From positions 98,687,646-98,714,766 of the forward strand of contig NC_057718.1 in NCBI RefSeq assembly GCF_004010195.1: DNA of 27,121 bases, written 5' to 3'. Shown piece by piece: positions 9,683 to 21,105 of the stretch; position 1 is the stretch's first letter; each line of letters begins with the position of its first letter. This stretch comes from Chiloscyllium plagiosum. Its lineage: Eukaryota. A program made the translations under genes and the position numbers. The notes beneath the pieces are model-generated. The model was not told the DNA's origin, searched no databases, and saw only the letters and a list, made by a program, of their open reading frames with translations.

Positions 9683-10454
9683 CTGTTATGGAACTAAACA
9701 TTGTTATGAAGTTATCCATTCATAGTTAAATTGCTTGGAAGACTTAAGCATTAATTTGATTTATTTCTAGTTTTGTAGAAATATGTGGACTGGTTTTTAA
9801 ATAGAGGTTATTGTGAACATTGAAGCTTTTTTTTTAACAAGGCTTCTTTGAGATCATGTTGACTGATGATACCTGCTTGATTTGCTGTAGATTCCTTGCT
9901 GGAGTTTTTTGAACAGTAACTAGCTGAGAGAGGTTCTTATTTTATCTAATTTAGTTTGAGGAAAGCCTGCTAAGAACAATCTATCCAGGTGCTGTCGCAT
10001 TTTTGTAAAGAATACACTTTTGTTGTCTGATGAAATCCATTTGCTCTTTTGAAGGAGTGATTGAAGGAACATCTCAATATTGTGTTCCTGAATCTGTATC
10101 TGCAAGAATCCAGAGGCAGTTGTGTATATGCCTTGAATGCAAGTACCACAACATCAGAGCAACCAACATTTTAACCCTAACCTAACATTTTATCCTTTTT
10201 CCTTCCTGAATAACTCTTTTAGTCAAAATATTTTGTTTCAGAGAATCAATCTCTGCAGAGACTGCTTATTTCTTTTCTTTCCTTTCTTGTGAAGAGTATT
10301 TGCCTGTGTGTCTTAGAGCTATTTAGTAGGATAAGCATTTATTTTTCTGCTAATTAATGACTGCGTTTTCATTGAATAAGATTTGATTTGATGATAAACT
10401 AATAAATATGTTTATTAAGAAATCAAGTTGATCGATTTTATTCTTTAAAACACT

Positions 10455-10920
10455 GAGTCATAGAATCATACGGCATGGAAATAGACCTTTCTGTCCAACC
10501 AGACCATGCTGACCATAATCGCAAACTAAATTGGTCCCACCTGCCTGCTCCTGGCCCATATCCCTCCAAACATTTCCTGTTCATGCACTTATCCAAAAGT
10601 CTTTTAAACATTGTAATCATACACACATCCAGCACTTCCTCAGGAAGTTCATTCCACATACGAACCAACCTCTGTGTCAAAACTTTGCCCCTCATGTCTT
10701 TTTTAAGTCTCTCTCCCCCTTCCTTAAGAATGTGCCACTCTACTCTTGAAATCCCCCATCTTAGGAAAAAGACAACTACCATTAACTCTATCAATACCAC
10801 TCACTATATTATATACTCTGAAAGGTCACCTGTCAGCCTCACATGCTCCAGTGAAAAAAGTTCCAGCCTATCCAAACCTTCCATATCCAGAACCTTCTCC
10901 AGCTTACTAATATCCTTTAT
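10455..10920 (-). mobile_element. CR1 LINE 3' fragment
   Basis: ORFs contain TQRLVRMWNELPEEV...FKRLLDKCM and LDRLELFSLE, and the reverse tail is GAGTCATAGAATCATA. Confidence 0.88.
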
Positions 10921-11079
10921 ATAACTGGGCACAAATAATGTATTTAATTGGTTATCTTGGTAACTGGAAATAATATATATTTTTAATTTTTTGCTGTGAC
11001 TGTGGACTAGACAAGATTGACATTGCACCCCTCCATTCTTGATGTCCACCAAGTGCATTCACACAGAAGGCATGGTTGA

Positions 11080-12300
11080 GGTAGTACAGGAGAAAGAAAG
11101 AAGATTCTGCCGAGGTCACAGTAAAAGAAGATGGTTGTACTTAAAGTTGGATAAGCCAAGGAGATTGGTGAGATACACAGAACAAAACTGAGGGAAATTG
11201 GGGCAGAAATTGCAGCTACATTGATTGTAATTTTCTGATCCTTCTTAGATACGGGAGTGGTGCCAGAGGACTGGAGAGTTGCAAATCTTCAGACTTGTTA
11301 AAAAAAAAGGCATAAGGAAAAGCCCACTTCTGGCCAATAGTTTTAATGGTTGTGAAAAAGAACTGTGGATGCTGGAGATGTGAAACAAAAACAGAAATTG
11401 CGGAGAAACTCAGCATCTGAGAGGAGAAAACAGAGTTAACATTTTGCTCCAGTAACTCTTCAACAGTTCTAATTAATAGTTGCTTGGGGTAATGTAGATT
11501 AATTAAGGAAAGTCAACACGGATTGCTTAAGTAACTTGTTTGAGGTTTTATTGCAGAGGTACCTGAGCGGATAGATGATGGTAATATGGTTGATGTAGTG
11601 TACATGAACCTTGCAAGGACATTTGATAAAGTGACACATGACAAGCTTGTGAGCAAAGTTAGGGCTCTTGGATGAAAGGGATAGTGACATTCTGAATGCA
11701 ATATTGGCTAAATGTCAAGGAGCAGAGAGTAATATGAATAGTTGCTTTTTAAATAGCAGATGGTTTATGGTGAGGTTTGCCAAGGGTTAGTGTTGGGGCC
11801 CTTGCCTTTCTAGATTTACATTAATAATCTAGACTTAGGTGATCAAAGTTGAAATCTCAAATTTGAAATGGATGACACAAAACTTTTAAGTGTGGGGAGA
11901 ATATTTGGAATTTCAAAGCACTTGAACTCTTAGAACAGACAGAAGTAGCAGATGAAATTTAATGCAGAGCAGCATGAAGTGAGGCAGTATAAAACAAAGG
12001 GTACAATTGTAAAGAGTGTACAGAAGCAGAGGGCGCTGGTTATATATTTGTACAAGTCTTCAAAGGTAGTAGAGTATGTTGAGATAATGGTTAATACGAT
12101 GCAAGATGCAAGTGGAGGTCAAGTCACTGACTAAATTCAAGATAGAGATAGATACATTTTTAGATTTTAAAGTCATCAAAGGCTATGAAGAGAATGCAGG
12201 AATATGGCATTGAGGTAGAGGATTAGCCAAGATCATCTTGCATTGTGGAGCAGGCTTGTAGGGCTGAATAGCCAACTCCTGATCCTAGTTTCTATGTTCC
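11080..12300 (+). mobile_element. Highly decayed CR1 LINE fragments
   Basis: Remnants of VPEDWRVAN, VDVVYMNL..FDKV.H and QG.VLGP, with a CR1-type 3' end near 12300. Confidence 0.7.
11357..11470 (-). mobile_element. Degenerate PLE pLTR remnant (possible third family)
   Basis: Starts ACTGTGGATGCTGGAGAT like other pLTR ends, with an eroded hammerhead-like segment at ~11434-11470. Confidence 0.5.
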
Positions 12301-12621
12301 TACATTTCGTTTTTAATGCCCTTGTGGTGTACTGAGGAGAGACTTCCCTGGGGGCAGTGTCATGTGTGGCAGGGCTCAGGGGAAATCAGATATTAGCTTT
12401 GATCTGGTATAAAGGGGTAATTGTAGGTGGTGCTGAGGTCAAATGAACTTGAGATGGTGGGTGGGGAGTCTAGGTTGGCTCTAACTGAGGGCTGCCCGAT
12501 TATGGGAGTCAAAAGAGGGGAAACATGGTGAGTCAGGGGCAGGTGATCAGTTCAATAGTTAGCCAGGAGTTAGAGCAGGTTTTAGTTCCTATAACTTCTT
12601 TTGGGTAAACTACAAGTTAGG

Positions 12622-12844
12622 AGAAAATGAGGACTAGGTATTCCTGATAAAGGACTTTTGCCCGAAACATCAATTTTCCTGCTCCTCAGATGCTGCCTGA
12701 ACTGCTGTGCTTTTCCAGGACCACTCTAATCCAGCAAATGAGGACTGCAGATTGATGAAGGGCTTATGCCCGAAACATTGACATTCCTGCTCCTCGAATG
12801 CTGCCTGACCTGTTGTGCTTTTCCAGTGCCACATATTTCAACTC
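12622..12844 (+). mobile_element. Tandem dimer of PLE family A pLTR/hammerhead units with ~16-bp TSD
   Basis: Two units AAATGAGGACT...TGATRAAGGRCTTWTGCCCGAAACAT...TTCCTGCTCCTC..ATGCTGCCTGA..TG.TGTGCTTTTCCAG. Flanks are TAAACTACAAGTTAGG (12606-12621) and TAAACTTTAAGTTAGG (12845-12860). Confidence 0.8.
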
Positions 12845-13104
12845 TAAACTTTAAGTTAGGTCAGTCAGAACCCTCTGAAGTCTCTGACTCAAACTCAGAA
12901 GGTTGAGACTTTGTTTGAAGGTATCTAAGTATTGGATAACTGTCCATTAGAAGTTTCAATGCCAGGATAATTGCCCCAGAGTGAGCTGCATCATAACTGC
13001 AGCATAGTTCCAATGTGCAACTCTCCTCTGCACTAATATAGTAACTGTCTTCCTGTTGGCAGTTCGAGGCTAATGTACTCAGTTCTGGGAATGACACTTC
13101 AGGA

Positions 13105-13640
13105 ATGATGTGAAAGCAGATAAGATTCAGAGAGTACATTCAGAGATGAGGAGCTTCAGTTTTTGTGGACAGATTGGTCATGCTGGGGTTTTTTGTCATC
13201 AGAAGAGACGCTTAAGAGATTCATTGAGATACTTCAAAATTGTATGTCAGGACAGATTGGATAGGGGCACACTATTCCAGTTGGATAGGGGCACACTATT
13301 CCAGTTGCACACTATTCCAGTTGGATAGGGGCACACTATTCCAGTTGGATAGGGGCACACTATTCCAGTTGGTGGAAGTAACGAAAATGAGCAGATACAG
13401 ACTTAAGGTGATTAGCAAAAGTATTATTGGTAACATGAGGAAGAAAGTCATTACACAGCAAATGGTTAGGACCTGGAGGCAGAGTCTATCTTTTGAAAGA
13501 GAAATGGGTAGTTGACTGAAAAGGAAAGATTTTGCAGGTCTATGGGGAAAAGAATGAAACTAAGTGAGTGGTACTTGCAGCGAGCCAGTACAGACCCAAC
13601 AGGCTGAATAACCTCCTTCTGAGCTCCAACCATTCTATTT
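13105..13640 (+). mobile_element. Decayed CR1 3' fragment hosting a minisatellite
   Basis: Translation remnant RYRLKVISK...RKKVITQQMVRTW. Confidence 0.65.
13257..13372. repeat. 24-bp perfect minisatellite
   Basis: TTGGATAGGGGCACACTATTCCAG occurs four times, with one 16-bp deleted unit in the middle (24,24,16,24,24). Confidence 0.95.
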
Positions 13641-14573
13641 GATTCTAATCCCTAGTAGGGCTCAAAGTACATTATTTCTTCAAATTCAAAACAATTCAAG
13701 CTTTGGTCCGGCATTCATAAAGGAAAATTATATGCGAATGATTAACAAACACAAGCTAATACTAACTAATAATATCCTGAGGAGTGGAGTAGAGATCATA
13801 ATCAGGGCAGTATTTGTTTCTGTTAAGTTTTGGACTGTGCACTTTTTCACATTACATCTTACAGCATGTGGAGAAATTAAATTGTCAGTTTAACACAAGA
13901 GTTACAAGGATGCCTGGTGTAAGAAGTGATAAATGTCACAGTGGTGCATCTTTTAGAGAGTCATTTAGACAGGCCACAGGAAATTTCATCCTGAATGAAC
14001 ATCTGATATTTTTTACTTGAGTGAGTTCAGTGCTGTTACTGGATGTCTAGTAAAAAGATGTCCCATTTGACACATGTCAATAACCAGGTATTGAGCAGAA
14101 CATGGTATTGCTTTTGGTAAAAATTGAAACAATTCAATGCCACAAACTCATTGGTGGTGGTGTGTTATTGATCACTGAGTCTGAGTTGTTGTTACAATCT
14201 GGAGCTATGGAAATTGACAATAGAAGCTCCAATGTTCTTTCTAGGACCTGGTCGACCAAGACTCTCTCCCATCCTTACCATCTGCTGTTGGCACGTGTGG
14301 GAAAATACTCAAACTGTTTGGCCATATCAAGTATGCAGGTTGTTTGGTCATCAAGTTCCGGTGTGGAAGTTGAACTCTTAGTTTCTAGCTTCAGAAGCAG
14401 GTGGTGGGTTTTGATAAGAAAAGCATGAACAGACAATATAACATGGGGAATACATTACTTACAGGGTGCAGAAGCAGAGGGACCTGGGTGTACACATGCA
14501 TAGGTCGCTGAACGAGGCAAGACTGGTGGAGAAAGAAATTAATAAAGCATAAAGTGTCCTAGGTTTTAATGAT

Positions 14574-14871
14574 TTGGAGGAGCCAGTATTGGACTGGGGT
14601 GTACAAAGTTAAAATCACACAACACCAGGTTATAGTCCAACAGATTTATTTGGAAGCAGTAGCTTTTGGAGCGCTGCTCCTTCATCAGGTGGTTGTGGAG
14701 GTTAAGATGGTAAGACACAGAATTTGTAGCAAAAGTGTGTCAGCTTTTGCTATAAATTCTGTGACTTACAATCTTATACTTCACAACCTACTGATGAAGG
14801 AGCAGCGCTCCGAAAGCTACTGCTTCCAAATAAACCTGTTCGACTATACCCTTTTGTTGTGTGATTTTTAA
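14574..14871. mobile_element. Fold-back (palindromic) PLE family B element with two hammerhead motifs and 15-bp TSD
   Basis: Inverted arms ~14607-14735 and 14744-14873 with an 8-bp spacer. TSD is CTAGGTTTTAATGAT (14559-14573) / CTAAGTTTTAATGAT (14872-14886). Confidence 0.85.
14788..14822 (+). ncRNA. Minimal hammerhead motif (PLE family B), core intact but helix I lost
   Basis: CUGAUGA-A-GGAGC(AGC)GCUCC-GAAA-GC-UA with palindromic AGCU. The mirror copy at 14657-14691 (-) has GAAA changed to AAAA. Confidence 0.7.
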
Positions 14872-16238
14872 CTAAGTTTTAATGATAGGGGCATGGAAAC
14901 AAACAGCAAGGAAGCTATGCTGAACGTACACAATATACTTGCTAGACTGCAGCTGCAGTATTGTGCGCAGTGCTGAAAGGCTGTAATGCATAGGAAAGAA
15001 TATAGGATAGATTTACAAAATGTCTTCAAGAATGATAATGAGGGCACAGATTTAAAGTGATTTACAAAAGAAGCAAATGTGATGTGAGAAAAAAAAATTC
15101 ACACACGAGTGATTCAGATATTAAGTGCACTGCTGAGAAGTGTAAGGGTGAAAGAGTCAATTCAGGCACTCAGGATGAGATAATTACTTAAATAGAAACA
15201 ACAGCAAAGGCAAAATCATATTGCCCTTTGGAGAACCTGTTGGGCTGAATGTTAGGCTGATTCTGTGACTTTGTTCGGTGTGTGATAATATCTACCAAAG
15301 CATAACTGCTTCAATGGAACATACAACACTGCAAAAAATGTCAATTTGGTCCAATCTCTCCGTGACAGCACTTCCTTTCCACACTGTTCGGCGTTCTCCA
15401 GTAACCTGAAATTTGAAGGATAATTTGATGAGTGTGGAACCTATTCCAATCAAATTGACCATTTCTTCCACTGAGCAAACTTTACCTTTTTCCTTTTTGG
15501 ATGGAGATTTGACGAGATGTTCAAACAAAATCCACAATTTTTATCCCCCCATAAGGCTGCATGCTTTTGTTTATTTTCTGTACACTCAACCTAATGAATA
15601 ACATCTAATATGTTGTTATAAAGCAGTGGTTGACCTCCTTCTGAGAACTAAAACCGAAACACCCAAACAGGAGCACCTCACCCTATAATCTGCAAAAGGA
15701 GTGTGAATAGTGGTGTAACCTGATTTTCAGCAACTTCTAGTGGTTAAATAAAATAAATTCCGGACACTCACTTTAAATTCAACAAGTAACAATTTATTTC
15801 TCTAACTCTAACACTGATCAAATTAACTAAACTATTAACAAAGCAAATAAATCCCTTCTAACTACTAACTATTCCTGAAAAAAAGCAAGATTCTAATGAT
15901 ATGCTGTTCCAATTAATATGAATCCCACTCATACATAGAAACAGTATTTAGTCTCTCGAAATTACAGCCAGGTTACATGTCATCTGGAATGTTCTGCATC
16001 TTTTCTGTTAATTCTTCTGGGAGGAATGCCTTCTCTATCAATTCTTCGGTTGGGGGGGAATCTAAGATGGTGGCGATCTGAGAGGTCTGCTTTGCTGATC
16101 TCTGCATCTCAGTTTAGGCAAAGTCACACTCTCATCTCCTCAAATAAATTACTTGTATGAAAATTTGGTACTTAAAGAGCTTTTGGACTTATAGAACTTT
16201 TTCAAATGCTGTTATAAAGTCTGCTTGATTAAGGAAAC

Positions 16239-17105
16239 ACGACAAAAGGTAAAGGCTCCAGCAAACCCCAACACCCGGGACACTCACCTGAGTAGTCAGA
16301 CACTTCAGCGGCCGCAGCTGCAGCTCCCTCTACTAGCCCATCGGAGTCATTCACTCACCAGGCCTTAGCTGTAGAGTTTGCAAAACTCCGAGAGATGATT
16401 GAGTCTTCGATTGAAGAAAAGTTCCGCACCAGACAGGACCCAGTCATGGCCATGCTCTACAAGCACAAAGAGCAGCTGGAAGGCCTTGGACGCCGAACGG
16501 AGGAAGTTGAGAGGAGGTCCGTGGTTTTGGAAACCAAGATCGATTCCTTAAAAGAGCGAATTTGAATACTGGAGAAGCAGGTACTTACCTTACAGGAGCA
16601 CGTCAATGACCTTGAAAACAGAGGTAGGCGGGAGAATGTTTGTGTGGTGGGATTCCAGAGGGAGTAGAAGGTGACCAGCCAGTGACCTTCTTTGAAAGCT
16701 GGCTGCCACGATTTCTGAGCCTGGAGACCACATCAGACCAAGTGAAAGTTGAAAGGGCCCATCAAATCGTGATGCGCGGGCCTGGCTCAGACCAATGCCC
16801 TCATATGGTCCTAATGCAACCCCACAGCTACAGGGACAACGTTAAAGTTATGGAGGCCTGCAGAATAAAGGGACAGGATCCACAGGCCTTAACTTACCAA
16901 GGTTCTAAGATGAAGTCCTTCCAGGACTTCTCTGCAACTGTAATTCATAAAAGGAAGACCTTTGATAAAGGCAAGAGCAGATTGAGAGACCTTGGTATCC
17001 AGTATTCCCTAAGGTACTTGGCAATGCTTCTCTTTATGTGTGATGGGTCTGTGCGTACTTTTGACTCTTTAGAAAAAAGTGAATAATGTTTTGGATACTT
17101 TAAAT
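16239..17105 (+). pseudogene. L1 ORF1p remnant (coiled coil plus RRM/CTD, Transposase_22-like)
   Basis: DLENRGRRENV...GIPEGVEG...VERAH...FQDFS, with stops and frameshifts. Confidence 0.85.
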
Positions 17106-17575
17106 AGATCAGGTGGCTTAAAGGGTGTGGACAATAGTGTTTCTTTTTTTTCTTTTTCCTCTTTCCCCTTTTTTTAAGAAGGTGTTGCTGAACTTTTATT
17201 TCCCTGATATTAATGAGTGATAATGTATATTTGGGGATGGGTAGAGTGTGTATTTTTAATTTCCATTTTAATATTTTTTTATTTCTTCTTCTCCTTTTTT
17301 GGCCTGAGTCTGGGATGCGGCTCAAGCTGGAAGGAGATACAAAGGTGTTTTTGGGATACTTAAGTGCCTCCAATGGGCAGTGGGTAGAGTCTCTTGTTAT
17401 ATGGTTTGTACTTGCTTTAGTCTGTTGGTTTTTTGTACACGTAGTTATTAGGATGTTAGTTGTAGTCATTTTAGCTTATGCAATTTTTAGGTTTTGTGAA
17501 TTTTTTTTGTCTATGCTCAGCAGTTGATATGTTGAATTCTTCCTTTTTGGAGATCAAATGATGTTATAGAGAGTC

Positions 17576-20500
17576 ACGGCTAATTGTTTCCTTAAATGGT
17601 GTACATGGAATGTTGGAGGGATCCATTGCCAATTAAAGGAAAAAGGTGCTTTCTAGTCTTAGAAAGGAGAGGGTGGACATTACCCTTTTACAGGAGACTC
17701 ATCTCAATGATAATGGACACTTGAAATTGCAACGGGGTGGATTTGATCAGGTGTATTGCAGCAGGTTATTATAAGGGGAGACTTTAATTGTCTCATGGAT
17801 CCTCCGGCGGGTAGAATGCCTAAAGGCCCCTTAACAGGTTCTTCACAATCGAAACAACTAGTGGATTTATGTGCGGAATTGGGATTGGTAGTTGTCTGGA
17901 AGCGTCTGCACCCCAAGGGTCGGGACTTTATGTTTTTCTCTAATTCGCACAAGTGTCATACTAGGATTGATCTTTTCCTAACCCCTGCACTATCCCTCGA
18001 TTTGGTAGCAGCCAGTATAATTGGAAATGTCACTATTTCGGATCATGCTGCAGTATATTTAGAGACTGAGGTTATGGGCAATATTGCGGACGCTTGACAC
18101 TGGCGAATGAATCCCTCTATTCTGAGAGACAGTAAATTCATTGAATATTTCCTCAATGAATTTAAGGTATTTTTAATCCATCAATTCGGATACGGCTAGT
18201 AACTTGTCTATTCCTTGGGAGACAGCTAAGGCTTATGCTAGGGGGATAACCATTTCTTACTCTGCTAGTCAGAAACGACAGAAGGGGGAGCAACAGCACC
18301 TGCTTGAGGTGCAGTTAAAGACCACTGAAAAGTCACATTTTGATAAGCCATCAGTGGTTAAGTTGCAGTGGGTTACGGCTCTTATGCAGACAGCAAGGAA
18401 GGAACTTTCCTTCATGAAACAAAGACTGTTTGAACATGGTGACAAGCCGGGCAGGTGCCAGCATATCTCGCCAGGAGAACGAATGCTCCCCAAGCCATTA
18501 CCTCAATCAGGGGTGGGACTGGAATGGTCACTTTCGACTCTAAAAGGATCAATGCAGCATTTTGGAAATTCTATTCTAAATTATATCAGTCTGAATGTTG
18601 TAAGGGTGGATGGGCTAAGATGGAGTCTTTCTTTAAGAACCTGGATCTTCCAAGAGTTACTTCTAAGCAGGCGTCTTTCCTTAATGCCACTTTAACAGTG
18701 CAAGGGTACAGGAGGCTGTGAAACAGATGCAGAGTGGGAAGGCGTCTGGTCCTGATGGTCTCCCTAGCGAGTATTACAAAGAATTTATAAGTATAGTGTC
18801 GGGACCAATGTTAGACATGTATACTTACTCGTATAGTCAAGATCGTCTCCTGTCATCCCTACGAGAGGCTAATATTTCTCTCATTCTCAAGAAAGGGAAG
18901 ACTCCAGAACAATGTGCCTCCTATAGGCCCATCTCACATTTGAACTCTGATTTTCAAATTTTGTCTAAGGTTCTTGTGTTAAGGTTGGAAACTGTGCTGC
19001 CTTCTATTGTGAAGGATGACAAACGGGTTTTATAAAAGGCCATAGATGCTCTAATAATGTCAAGAGGTTGCTGAATATGATTCAAGCTTGTCAGCAGCAG
19101 TCAGTTCAGGGGCTAGTGATCTCCTTAGGTGCAGAAAAGGCACTGATTGGGTCGCGTGGCCATATCTTCTTTATACCCTGGAGCGATTCGGATTGGGGGA
19201 GGTTTTTATTAGGTGGGTGAGGTCCTTTATACTGATCCTTTGGTGGCGGTTCTCACCAATGGTGTGATGTCTAGTAATTTTAATATCTGTGGGGCATTCG
19301 ACAAGGCTATCCCTTCTCGCCATTCCTTTTCACATTGGTGATTGAGCTGCTGGCAGAGGCAATCCGCAGGGATCCTAATATGGCTGCCCCAAAAGTAGGA
19401 TCTAAATCACATAAGATCTCATTATACGCAGATGATATTTTTGTTTTTCTGTTGAATCCAGTGGTCTCTGTATCCCATCTGATACAATATCAATTCATTT
19501 GGCTCCATTTCGCGGTATCAGATTAATTTCTCAAAATCAGAGGGTATGCCTGTGGGTGAGGTCTTAGGAGAGTATTTGATATGCAGGGTGAATCACGGTT
19601 CCCCTTCAAATGGTCCCAGGAGGGTTTTCTTTATTTAGGCATCTTTGTTACACTTGTCTTTGATCGGTTGTTCAAGGCCAATTTTGCCCACTCGCTCGAC
19701 AGGATTAAGCAAGATCTTCAGTGATATGAGGCGCTTCCAATACCCTGGCTAGGCCGGCTAGCTCTTTTCAAATGAATGATCTCCCCCGTTTGCTGTATCC
19801 TATACGAATGCTCCCCTTAATTTTTCCGAGACAAACATTCCAGAGACTTAACGGATGGTTTAGCTCCTTTACTTGGAGCCGCGGGCAGCTTCTTACCAAG
19901 CTGTCTAAGTTGCAGTTGCCTCAGGGGAGGGAGGGGAACAGATTTCCCGGATACCAATTAAGTTCCCTTCTTTCGCTTGTTAGTGACTGGGCTTGTAAAG
20001 ACCCGGCATCAATACGGCTGGATATAGAGGCCTCCCAGGCAATCCCTTATTAGCTTGCTGTTTTTCGATAAATTGAAGACGGTCATGGAATATTGCAGTA
20101 ATCCGATAATTATTAATAGCATCACGGTATGGAGGACAATGCGACAGAGGGAGAGTAATATATCCAAAACGCTTTTTCTTACTCCTCAAGCTGATATGTT
20201 GGGTTTTCAGCTGGGGATAATGGATTCTGGATTTAAGCTCTAGGCAGCTATGGGAATCTCTTGTTTGGGCGATTTTTTAGAAGGTGAAATAATGGTGTCA
20301 TTTGACTAAATAATCCGTAAATATAGTTTAGATAGCAGAGACCTATTTTGCTTCTTTCAGGTCAAGGATTTTATTCAAAAAGGTACCACGTTTTTGACCG
20401 ACCCCTGCAGATCTGTTATGGAGAAGATGATGCTTCATGCTAAAAGTACTCTCTCTATTAGTAATCTTTATCATTTGTTAGGGGGTGATCTTTCAAAGTG

Positions 20501-21105
20501 GCTTTGTGGGGTCTGGGAGAGAGAATTAGGGTCAAAATCTCTCGGGAGACATGGGGGTACATTTGCGTGAATGCTAGGAAGATTTCAATCTGTAAGAGGA
20601 CCCATGTCATGCAGGTGAAGATTTAGCATAGGGTTCCACCTGGCCCCAGACCGTCTCTCAAAATTGTAGGTGGGAGTATCTTCATTATGTCCTAAGCATC
20701 AAACAAGCATTGGCACTCTCAATCATTGTTTATAGACTTGCCACAGGGTCCGTATATACTGGAGTGCTGTGGCAGGAGTTATAGAGAGAGTCTTGGGGGC
20801 CGATGTTGAGATGGACCCTATCTCTCTTCTCCTAGGCCTACCCAATATGTCTTCCCTGGACGTTTATGGGAAAAATACTTTTTAATATTCTTACTTCCTG
20901 TGCAAGGAAAAATATTCTAATGTGTTGGACTTCTGAACCCCCCCCCCCCCCACTCCGGGGTCTGTTGGGTTGGCATATGCTTATCATGGATCTTTATACG
21001 GAAATGGTACACCGGAAAATTTAAAATTTTTATAGGATAGGACAGCCCTTTCTGGACTATTTGGATGTAGATTTATCTGCCATCTTAATGAGGGCATGTG
21101 TGTAA
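17576..21105 (+). pseudogene. L1 ORF2p remnant (APE endonuclease plus RT plus C-terminal domain)
   Basis: TWNVGG, LLQETH, GDFN, RIDLFL, SDH, GPDG, YRPIS, QGYP.SP and YADD (19425-19436), ending LDVDLSAILMRACV*. Many frameshifts. Confidence 0.92.

Larger units (their letters stand above)
14430..15270 (+). mobile_element. Decayed CR1 fragment interrupted by the fold-back PLE
   Basis: GTGCAGAAGCAGAGGGACCTGGGTGT (QRDLGV) and CTGCAGTATTGTGCGCAG remnants. Confidence 0.65.

Noticed and set aside
5062..9754. A 4.5-kb inversion with inverted breakpoint duplications
   Set aside because: The LINE interrupted at 5062 appears to resume collinearly at ~5447, so a local templated insertion fits better.
9693..10440. 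Possible LTR-like element (also ~3345-4205)
   Set aside because: The composition is suggestive, but I could not identify matching termini and a TSD.
13257..13372. CRISPR-like array
   Set aside because: The units are directly adjacent with no unique spacers, the context is eukaryotic and no cas genes are present.
16945..17527. 174-aa minus and 104-aa plus ORFs in the L1 inter-ORF spacer
   Set aside because: Their composition simply reflects T-rich low-complexity sequence, with no recognisable domain.
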